This document shows, one piece after another, positions 1 through 7,701 of a DNA stretch of 51,253 nt. The position numbers and the translations under genes are program-made. The notes under the pieces were generated by a model. It was given only the letters and a program-made list of their open reading frames with translations, did no database searches and had not been told where the DNA came from. The stretch is from Candidatus Bathyarchaeota archaeon (GTDB lineage: Archaea; Thermoproteota; Bathyarchaeia; Bathyarchaeales; Bathycorpusculaceae), in the NCBI GenBank assembly GCA_963720565.1, contig CAVRFW010000011.1, forward strand, positions 1 through 51,253, read 5' to 3'. Each line of letters opens with the position of its first letter. The first letter of the stretch is position 1.

Positions 1-408
1 GACCTATTGAAAATCTTCATAAAAACCAAGAAACTCACCGCCAACAGCCACATCTACAACGGAAGTTCAGACAACCTCTCAACCAATTACCGCCATTACC
101 GAAACCGAATAGCCGATGAATTCAACATGCCCGAACTCAAACAAATATGCCTATACGACTTCCGCAGATTCAAAGCTTCAGATGTTTACCACAGAACAAA
201 AAGCGTACTTAGAGTAAAGGAAATCTTAGGTCACAGCGACCCAACACTAAAAACGACGCTCAAATACATCAGCCTATTCGATGAAGACACTAGCACATGG
301 GAGCCAATCGTATGCGAAACCGAAGATGAAATCAAGCAAGCCATCCGAGATGATTGCATCCTCGTATGCCAAGCAAACGGAAAGACATTTTTTAAGAAGC
401 CAGCATAA
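1..408 (+). CDS. Tyrosine recombinase/integrase, C-terminal part (runs off the window edge)
   Basis: Frame is open from base 1. YDFRRF (variant of the HxLRH box), ILGH and TTLKY (catalytic Tyr) occur in the order expected for tyrosine recombinases. Confidence 0.85.
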   Translation, partial: DLLKIFIKTKKLTANSHIYNGSSDNLSTNYRHYRNRIADEFNMPELKQICLYDFRRFKASDVYHRTKSVLRVKEILGHSDPTLKTTLKYISLFDEDTSTWEPIVCETEDEIKQAIRDDCILVCQANGKTFFKKPA

Positions 409-449
409 GAGATTACTTCAGGGATAACCTTTTGCGGAGTTATAGGTAA

Positions 450-1868
450 TTGGTGGTTCAAAAATATCTTGAAATTTTGAAGGATTACTTTGGCAATGCA
501 TATGCTATTGCCAAGAGATGCGACTTCAATAGAGAAAAATACGAACCACTGGTAAGAAGAGTTTACACGAAAGAATTGCGATATTCAATCTTAGAGACAC
601 TTGCCTATGAGTTGACTAAGCTTGACTGGAAAAAACAAGAAAGTGAAGCAAAAGAAGCTGACGGATTAAAAGTTCACTATGTTGGAGCAGAATATAGTTA
701 TCGAAAACCTTTTGGACATACCTCAGAATTTATTCGCAAAACTGGTCTATATGCCGACAAGGTAGTTGTCGAAGACCAACTACTGAATCGTTTGCTTGCT
801 TGGGATAGACTACGAGCCAATACCAATGTAGTATTCAACTTTGTTATAGACCACGCAATCGATTTCTTAACACTTGAGCCACTGATTATTTCAGAGTCGG
901 ATGAAGGGTTATGCCAATTTGCACCTGCAAGCCAATGGTGCCTAGAAAATAATGGTTTGCAGGACAAAGTAATGGAACTCGTGTTTGATTCGGGAACTTT
1001 GTATGCATCTCAACTTTTTGGTAAACATTTTTCCTCAATGGACGAGGTGCGCTTGTTCATTTCAAAGATAAACAGTCACGAAGAATTCTTCAAGTTAATG
1101 GTAAATAAAGAAGGTTTCGTTACCCAAGATGGTGACGAAATTAACTCTCAATGGATGACGGAATTTGTGCAGCCGTTCGAAACCACAATTACACCTGATT
1201 TGCTTTATGAGACATTAATAACTGGAATTCATGGTGGCAGAATTAATGACTTGGTTTATGATGGTCTACTTGGGACAATTCCAGTCACTGACCTAAGAGC
1301 TTCTTGGAACTCAATGAACTGGCTGATAAAAAACGACAATGATAGGCTATCTAAACAAGCAAGCACCATGGCTATCTCAAAAGAAGCAATGGTGATTAGT
1401 ACTCTTCAGCAAGATAAACTGCGTTGGTTAGGTAATGTCCCAATAAACAAGTTATGTCAACTAAGGGAAAGAGGAGAACTCTCTGACCTAAGAAGGCTAA
1501 TCAATGAAGAAATTGTCAGTATTGAGCAAGCATCTGATGAAGAATTTTTTGAAGTAGCTAAGCAGGTAAACTATAACATTAACAATGCACTGAAAAAACA
1601 TACCGCTCAAATAAGTGACTTAAGGGAAATCTACAGAGAAAAATATGGTCTTGATATTAAGTATTATATTGTCTCTGGAGCTATCGCCATAACCTCGGCA
1701 GTTTTCCAACCAATTGCTTCTGCGACTGGAATCATAGCAACTCTCTCAGGTATAGTTCCTTCAACTTTCAAAACGTTAACAGACTACTTCGAAGAAAGGT
1801 CTCGCCTAAAGGAATTGCAGAAGAAGCCAGTTGCATTACTCTTTGAAGCAAGAAACCGCACAAAGTGA
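450..1868 (+). CDS. Hypothetical protein, AT-rich, with a C-terminal hydrophobic hairpin
   Basis: 472-aa ORF right after the integrase; hydrophobic stretch YYIVSGAIAITSAVFQPIASATGIIATLSGIVP near the C terminus. Confidence 0.75.
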   Translation: MVVQKYLEILKDYFGNAYAIAKRCDFNREKYEPLVRRVYTKELRYSILETLAYELTKLDWKKQESEAKEADGLKVHYVGAEYSYRKPFGHTSEFIRKTGLYADKVVVEDQLLNRLLAWDRLRANTNVVFNFVIDHAIDFLTLEPLIISESDEGLCQFAPASQWCLENNGLQDKVMELVFDSGTLYASQLFGKHFSSMDEVRLFISKINSHEEFFKLMVNKEGFVTQDGDEINSQWMTEFVQPFETTITPDLLYETLITGIHGGRINDLVYDGLLGTIPVTDLRASWNSMNWLIKNDNDRLSKQASTMAISKEAMVISTLQQDKLRWLGNVPINKLCQLRERGELSDLRRLINEEIVSIEQASDEEFFEVAKQVNYNINNALKKHTAQISDLREIYREKYGLDIKYYIVSGAIAITSAVFQPIASATGIIATLSGIVPSTFKTLTDYFEERSRLKELQKKPVALLFEARNRTK

Positions 1869-1996
1869 AATGCTGAAATGCTGTTTTCCTGGTATCCACG
1901 CTTTAGTCGTCAAGTACTTTTCAAAGTGCCGCGAGGATGAAAGTGAAGAGTCAACCGCACTACACCTTAAATTCCCTATAGTATTGTAGTCATCAC

Positions 1997-2024
1997 GCTC
2001 GGCGTCGCCTTCGCTCCGCCTCGC
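1997..2024 (-). repeat. Tandem-GA hairpin repeat, copy 1
   Basis: Minus strand reads GC-GA-GGCG-GA-GC-GAAG-GC-GA-CGCC-GA-GC. Confidence 0.8.
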
Positions 2025-2109
2025 ACTATTGACGCTGTACAAACTGTTTTATAAACTCAGAACTAATACCAGTTATCATAATGCTTGTAAATTGAAAGGA
2101 AGAGGAAAC

Positions 2110-2715
2110 ATGATGGGAGAAAATGAGTCAGAAAACGGTCACAACGGTTGGAAAGCATTCTTGAAAAAACATTGGGGAATCACCGCTGTATTTGTAGTAG
2201 GCGCTGTTTTGGCATTGGTTGGTTCGATTTTAGTTTTTCTATGGTTTGCGGAAGACTCTCAATCGATAACTATGGTACCAATGACTTTGGGTTTATGGAC
2301 AATTGGACATGTCGTCACCTTCATCTTACATCTAATTTTCTGGGAACTTGTACTAATCGGAATTCCAGTAGGCATAGCTGCAATAGGTGGGTGGCAATGG
2401 TGGAAAAGGCTGCCTGATGAAGAAAAGAAGACATATCATTTCTTCAGAAGTAGTTCACGAACAACTGGCGGCGGCGGAGGAGTATCGATACTTTTCTTTA
2501 TTGCTTTCTGCATCAAGGTTTTCATTGATGGAAACTGGGATGTCGCTATCGCCTCTTGGACTTTGAACTACGTTGTAGAATCTATGATTTCGATACTAAT
2601 CTGGGTAGCAATAATCTTTGGAATTCCTGCAGCCATAGGTGTTATCTGGTGGATAAGCTATGGGATGAAAAAGAAACCAGCGAACGAATCAAATCAGACT
2701 GCGATTCCAGCATAA
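2110..2715 (+). CDS. Multi-pass membrane protein of unknown function
   Basis: About 4 hydrophobic segments; ATG at 2110 preceded by GAGGA. Confidence 0.8.
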   Translation: MMGENESENGHNGWKAFLKKHWGITAVFVVGAVLALVGSILVFLWFAEDSQSITMVPMTLGLWTIGHVVTFILHLIFWELVLIGIPVGIAAIGGWQWWKRLPDEEKKTYHFFRSSSRTTGGGGGVSILFFIAFCIKVFIDGNWDVAIASWTLNYVVESMISILIWVAIIFGIPAAIGVIWWISYGMKKKPANESNQTAIPA

Positions 2716-2776
2716 AATAGAAAAAACGAACTGTTCAAAAACCGCAAATAACCCTTCTTTCTTTAACTTCCAAAGC

Positions 2777-2818
2777 TCTCAGCGTCGCTTGTGCTTCCGC
2801 CTCGCACGTTCCAGACGA
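2777..2818 (-). repeat. Tandem-GA hairpin repeat, copy 2
   Basis: Plus strand tctcagcgtcgcttgtgcttccgcctcgcacgttccagacga; same scaffold as copies 1 and 3. Confidence 0.8.
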
Positions 2819-2886
2819 CGCGAAAGCCAGACGAAGCGGACCCTACGATAAGTCGAAAAAACGATAGCGAGATAGCTCTTTGAATG

Positions 2887-2991
2887 CTATCCTTTGCATC
2901 CTCTAACGTGTTTGTTAAACCGTTCCACATCGTAGAAAGTCATACTACAACGCAGACACTTATGAGCAACGCTTTCTCTAGTTTCTCCCAT
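2887..2991 (-). CDS. 34-aa C2HC zinc-finger microprotein (not in ORF track)
   Basis: Hand translation MGETRESVAHKCLRCSMTFYDVERFNKHVRGCKG (CxxC-x3-F-x8-H-x3-C); GAGGA about 10 nt upstream of the ATG. Confidence 0.6.
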   Translation of the reverse strand: MGETRESVAHKCLRCSMTFYDVERFNKHVRGCKG

Positions 2992-3152
2992 TTCTAAATT
3001 TCCTCTTGAAACAAACTGCGCGCGCTACCTACTGCACAAGCAACTGTTTTTGCTCGTTTGTACTTAAAGCGTTTTCTTAACTCTGAAATCCGTAGGTGCG
3101 CTCGAAAGCTTAAATCTAAATTGGATTTAACTGAGATAAAGGATGAGATTTC

Positions 3153-3362
3153 ATGAATGATGATGTCTTGGTGGCGGTGACTGTTAGCCGAGACAAAGGG
3201 GAAATAGTGTACAAGGTTGATTGCTCAAGTAACCTAGCAAGTGAAGAACTCGAATATTACCTCAAAGAAGTAATCGAAGGTATCTGCAAATGGAAACCAA
3301 TTGTTTGCGAAGAAGCAGTGCAAAGCTTCAAAGGAACAGTTAGAAAAAGAAAAACAAAGTAA
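3153..3362 (+). CDS. Small hypothetical protein
   Basis: 69-aa ORF with an AT-rich promoter-like upstream region (GCTTAAAT); divergent from the Zn-finger microprotein. Confidence 0.55.
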   Translation: MNDDVLVAVTVSRDKGEIVYKVDCSSNLASEELEYYLKEVIEGICKWKPIVCEEAVQSFKGTVRKRKTK

Positions 3363-3413
3363 TCCCATATTCAGAAATATCCTCAAGGCACAACAGTAGT
3401 CGTTCGAGCTAAG

Positions 3414-3454
3414 TTTCGGTGTCGCTTGCGCTCCGCCTCGAACGTTCCAGACGA
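3414..3454 (-). repeat. Tandem-GA hairpin repeat, copy 3
   Basis: Plus strand tttcggtgtcgcttgcgctccgcctcgaacgttccagacga; the minus-strand loop is GCAA. Confidence 0.8.
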
Positions 3455-3538
3455 AAACGTCTAACCCGAGCGAAATGTTGAGATTTCATTTGCTTCGTAA
3501 ATTGTAGGCAGTGATAGATTCAGCGCTCGGATGATACA

Positions 3539-4952
3539 CTATTTCTTCCTTGACATCCTGTCACATCTTGGGCAACGCCTCTTCTTTAGAAGGACCCCCG
3601 AAGTAATTATGCAGTTCGAACAAAGCGTTACCCCACAATCCCTGCAATCCACTGAATGGTTTTTGCCATACTCCCGCTTACAAATGGGACAAGTTCTCAC
3701 ACAGGTGTAACATAGAATTTGTTTGCAGATTGGACAAGTCTTGTCCAGATGTACCTTATGAAAAACCCCTTGACATGATGAGCACAAAACCGTTTCAGAA
3801 GGACACAGCCATTTGTTGCAATCTGGACATTGCCATGCCTTAGTCTTAGGTATCGACTTACCACAATCCTCACAAATAGCTCCATTTATGTGGAAACTGC
3901 TTCTTATTATTCCTCCAGAAGAAGCAAGAAGGACCTTTTCAAAACTCTTATCCTTGAAGGCATACTTGAAATGCCAAATCGGGACCAGCAGCAAGTTCTT
4001 GGAAAGTATTGTAATTGCTCTGTTAGACGGCAAATAAGATTGATACTTTTCGCCTTCATATTTATCGTTATAAGAGATTTTTCGCCGATTCTTTTCTTTG
4101 ATGTAATTTATCGCCAATTCCTCTGCCTTGTAATTAGTTACCTTGACTTCCCATTCTCGATTCTCAACGTTATACTTCTCAGAAGAGTCAATTACTACCT
4201 CCTTTAAGAGGTTCAATATTTTTCAAGTCCCTCATTACAATTTCTGACGTGCGGTCTGTATTCTCATGGAAGTTTAACACTTCGCCACTGCTTGCATCGA
4301 TTACCACTGTCCCTCTATCCTCAACAACAGTTTGTTGGTACCATGGCAATCGAACATTTTCCAAGAGAGAAAAGCGTATTTTGTAGTATGGATTAATAAT
4401 TAGTTTTGCAGACGTTATCTCCAATATCTTCGCATTGCTAATTTCAGGAAGAATTGCTTTCTCATATGGCATAATGGGTAATATGTCTTTGAGTGTTGAT
4501 TGTGTCGGTCGCACGTTTTCACTTTTAAATCCTATCCATAACCTCATAAAATCCTTGATTATCGGTTCAACCTCTTCATTCTCAGCTATTGTGAAGTTAT
4601 TGGTTTGTTTGTTGAGACCCGTGTAGGTGAAATTCACTGCACCAGTAACAGCGTATTTGTCATCAACAACGTATATTTTTGAGTGAACCGCCTCTTTTCG
4701 AACGAAGTGGACATCGAAGTTTGTAGTTTGAGATAGTTGGGAGAGGTAACTGTAGGTGTCAGCATTGTAAGTGTCATCACTTGTTACAATTCGAACTTCA
4801 ATACCTCTCCTCGAAAGGTCGTATAGTCTCTCAGCGTACGCTTTCGAAATCCAAGGGCTGCACACCCAAGCTGACCTCTTTGCATAGAAGACTGGTTCTA
4901 CATACTTCCATGCCTAGCTCATTCATGGTCCGCATTGATGTTTCAACAATCA
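3539..4952 (-). CDS. PLD-family (HKD) nuclease-like domain fused to a multi-CxxC zinc-finger region; split by apparent frameshifts
   Basis: CSPWIS, HSKIYVVDD and TGAVNFT motifs in 4188-4865. One-base shift near 4205 (IEPLK/EVVIDS) joins it to the Cys-rich ORF 3539-4216. The PLD frame extends upstream (WKYVEPVFYAKRSAWVCSPW) to a second break near 4912. Confidence 0.7.
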
Positions 4953-5111
4953 TTTACGTCATCTTCAGATTTAATAGTTTGGCAAATAAACGCCCAACTC
5001 TGAGCCAATATTCTAAGCAGCCAGAGCGCGCGTAGACAGTATACCCAGAGGTAGGCTAATGATGAAAAAAACGCCTTGGACGCCTTTTACCCGCGTGATT
5101 CTTACGCAAGG

Positions 5112-5558
5112 TTACTTTGATAGGAAATAGCGCCAAGGAACAGCAATCAGGTCCCCTATTATCCAGAAAACAAACAGCATAGTTATCTCATATCCCCACG
5201 GCTGTACTGAACCAGAGGCAAGCACTGGAGCGAAAACTGCAACAATCCAAACGATTTTTCCTGTTGCCTGCAACAGCAAAGACGCAGCAAACTTTAAAGG
5301 TGAACGCAGACCCAGCAAACCAACAACGCCGAGCGCAACCATGTAACTGTAGGCATAACCTGGTGACCACATCGGGTCTAGATTTGGAACACCCATAAGC
5401 GATGACATCGTAGCTGGTGAGACAAGGTAAACTATACCTAAACCCATCGCCCCTACAATGTTGACTACATACATGAACCTCAGCCAGTTTGGATGAAAAT
5501 CCACTTTTGCAGACTCATTTGTCAATTCTTTCACCTCCTTTCTCCCCAAGACAAGCAA
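5112..5558 (-). CDS. Four-helix membrane protein of unknown function
   Basis: 148-aa ORF with 4 hydrophobic segments; start uncertain. Confidence 0.75.
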   Translation of the reverse strand: MLVLGRKEVKELTNESAKVDFHPNWLRFMYVVNIVGAMGLGIVYLVSPATMSSLMGVPNLDPMWSPGYAYSYMVALGVVGLLGLRSPLKFAASLLLQATGKIVWIVAVFAPVLASGSVQPWGYEITMLFVFWIIGDLIAVPWRYFLSK

Positions 5559-5762
5559 AAGACTGCTTTCGAACCAAGTGTTATTTAATTTTTGGGGTCA
5601 CTTGTTACGTCTCGCGCGCGCCAAGCCAATATTTTGAACATCGCGAGCGCTGATTAATGCCAAACTCGACCTAATCACATTTGCAATTGAATTTCCTCGC
5701 CTTTCTCTAAATCTTCCTCACAAACGAAACCAAGCACGACAGAAACCTGCGCTCTAAACAAG

Positions 5763-5996
5763 CTATTGAAGAATTGACCAAAAAGTAACACGCTCAAGAT
5801 AACCAGAACCGTCCTTACATTCGAACATGCCCACATTATAGACGCACATTAAATCATCACCGATTTTGACTGCCTGAAAGAAAATAGCATAAGGAATAAC
5901 AAACAAGCCATAACGCGCAATGAACTTGGTGCAAACCTTATCCAGCCTAATTTTGTTCCATTCGCGCTCAATTCTGCGTCTACGTTGACGATTCAT
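5763..5996 (-). CDS. Small hypothetical protein downstream of the Rep remnant
   Basis: MNRQRRRRIEREW...; ATG a few nt after the Rep-remnant stop and preceded by GGGAGG. Confidence 0.5.
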   Translation of the reverse strand: MNRQRRRRIEREWNKIRLDKVCTKFIARYGLFVIPYAIFFQAVKIGDDLMCVYNVGMFECKDGSGYLERVTFWSILQ

Positions 5997-6004
5997 TGCT
6001 ACCG

Positions 6005-6304
6005 CTAACCTCCCTCGAATCTCCTGCTGACAACAACTTCCCAAAGCGGCTCGACATCATCACCAAACATGTTTACTGTCTCACCACGTCGAGAAATCGA
6101 CAGCTCAGAGAAAGCACCCAAGTACCGAACACGGACTAAGTCGCACGAACAGTAAGGACACTGATGATTTATGCCAACATCTTTTCCGTTAATCAGCTTC
6201 AACTTCCTGTAGGAACAAACGCCAAACCAAGTTGCCGCATGAGACTTCTTAGCGCCACGACGAACAGAACAATGGTTCAGTTGGTACCAACAAGCTCCGC
6301 CGAC
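6005..6304 (-). pseudogene. C-terminal remnant of an archaeal rolling-circle (HUH-type) replication initiator
   Basis: Extending ORF 6005-6202 upstream in frame gives VGGACWYQLNHCSVRRGAKKSHAATWFGVCSYRKLK...CPYC, the YQLxH/WFG/CPxC pattern I recall from archaeal MGE Rep proteins. No start codon or HUH motif. Confidence 0.65.
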
Positions 6305-6367
6305 AGCGCGCGCTGCACGTGACCAAGAAAGAAAAAAGGGTTTAGGAGGTGGATTTTCCGTTTCTTT

Positions 6368-7000
6368 CTAGACCTGAGTTGGCGTTACAGTTGGTACTGT
6401 TGGTTGCTCTTGTTGAGGTTTTACCGAGAAGAAGGCAACAGCTAGCAATAGCATCGAAATCCAGACAAGAAAAACGCCTATTACGATTATGGTCAAGATT
6501 GCGCCGATTAGCAGTAGTAATCCTGTCGTTCCAAATAGACCAACACCGGTTTTCGAAGACAGCAGCCCGAGCGATTTTCTAAGCAATATAGCAGTGATTA
6601 GCACGAAGACAAAAGCGACCACCAAGGCAGCGACGACATAAACTAGGAATTCCATGATGACTTCAAAACTGATTGTTGAAGGATCTATTGCAGACCATGA
6701 TGCAGCATTTGTCCAATCAGCAATGTTAATTCCGATAGCTGTTAGGAACCCTGCCGCGCCAATGACAACCACCGCTGCTACAGCCACGACACCTACTATG
6801 CCCGCGATTACAGCGAATAGCGCGTTGTTGAAGATCCCTGCTTCCTTGTAGTAATCTGCGAATCCCTTGAAGCCTATGAGAGCCAAAATTAAGCCCACTA
6901 GGCTGAGTATCCAACCGTAGGGTGCTATCCATGGTATTGCGCCTACGAAAAGCAGTAGTGCACCGACACCGCCCAAGTTTTTGCTTGTTGTAATATCCAT
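6368..7000 (-). CDS. DUF996-family membrane protein
   Basis: K.LGGVGALL...GL.L.LIG.KG.ADYY.E..IFNNAL and TGV.LF.T.GLL..IGAIL signatures. Confidence 0.85.
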   Translation of the reverse strand: MDITTSKNLGGVGALLLFVGAIPWIAPYGWILSLVGLILALIGFKGFADYYKEAGIFNNALFAVIAGIVGVVAVAAVVVIGAAGFLTAIGINIADWTNAASWSAIDPSTISFEVIMEFLVYVVAALVVAFVFVLITAILLRKSLGLLSSKTGVGLFGTTGLLLLIGAILTIIVIGVFLVWISMLLLAVAFFSVKPQQEQPTVPTVTPTQV

Positions 7001-7059
7001 TTTTTTTCCTCAAGGCATTCAGCTCGGTGTCTTGAGGATAAAAGCTTTTTCATTGGGGT

Positions 7060-7401
7060 TTAGAGGTGCGCTAAGGGATACCACCAGGCGAGCTCTATGT
7101 GTTCGTTGATTATGCTGTAGTAGCTGCCCAGGTATTCTAGGCCTTTTTCCGTTATTGTGTAAACTTTTCTTGATCTTCCGTCTTTTTGTTCCTTTTGACT
7201 GGTGAGAAATCCTTTCTGTTCTAGGTTGTTGAGTGTTGGGTAGAGAGCGCCGTGTCTGAGTCTTATGTGGAAGTCCGTTTCTACGTTCTTTTTAATTCTG
7301 TATCCCCAGAGGGGTTGGTGTTGGAGCATTCGGAGTAGTTGTATGTCTAGCATGTTTGTGATTATGCGTTGTACAATTTCTTTTCTGTAGTTTTCGGGCA
7401 T
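7060..7401 (-). CDS. PadR-family transcriptional regulator
   Basis: P.WGY.I, G.LYP.L..LE..G and RK.Y.IT..G wHTH signature. Confidence 0.9.
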   Translation of the reverse strand: MPENYRKEIVQRIITNMLDIQLLRMLQHQPLWGYRIKKNVETDFHIRLRHGALYPTLNNLEQKGFLTSQKEQKDGRSRKVYTITEKGLEYLGSYYSIINEHIELAWWYPLAHL

Positions 7402-7701
7402 CGTTTTTCGCCTTTTGGGGTTCTATGTTGAAGTTGTTGGTGTTTGTCTTATTTAGTTTATGTAAAAATCTCGAGTCGGTATTGCTCACGTATGTTTGTT
7501 TATGCTTGTGTTAAGCGCGCGCTCTAGCAACATCTTAAAGTCAAAACCCAACCGCTTATTCCAACTCAACTTGACAACATCGCAGATGCTTTGAACAACC
7601 TCGGACTATTAGTTTTCTTCTTCAGCAAGAGAAACAACTGTTGTGTTTTAAATATTCGCAACAAACTAGTTACTAGTCAAGTTCCTTTCAAGGTGGGCAA
7701 C

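Larger units (their letters stand above)
1..7523. mobile_element. Mosaic of degenerate integrated-element pieces and cargo genes (boundaries approximate)
   Basis: Integrase 3' end, Rep remnant, micro-ORFs, AT-rich cargo and repeated hairpins/palindromes between genes; no housekeeping genes. Confidence 0.5.

Noticed and set aside
1997..3454. CRISPR interpretation of the hairpin repeats
   Set aside because: Copies are 600-800 bp apart with genes between them, and there are no cas genes.
4188..4216. Programmed ribosomal frameshift between the PLD and Zn-finger ORFs
   Set aside because: No clear slippery heptamer with downstream structure, and the same gene has a second break, so error or decay is simpler.
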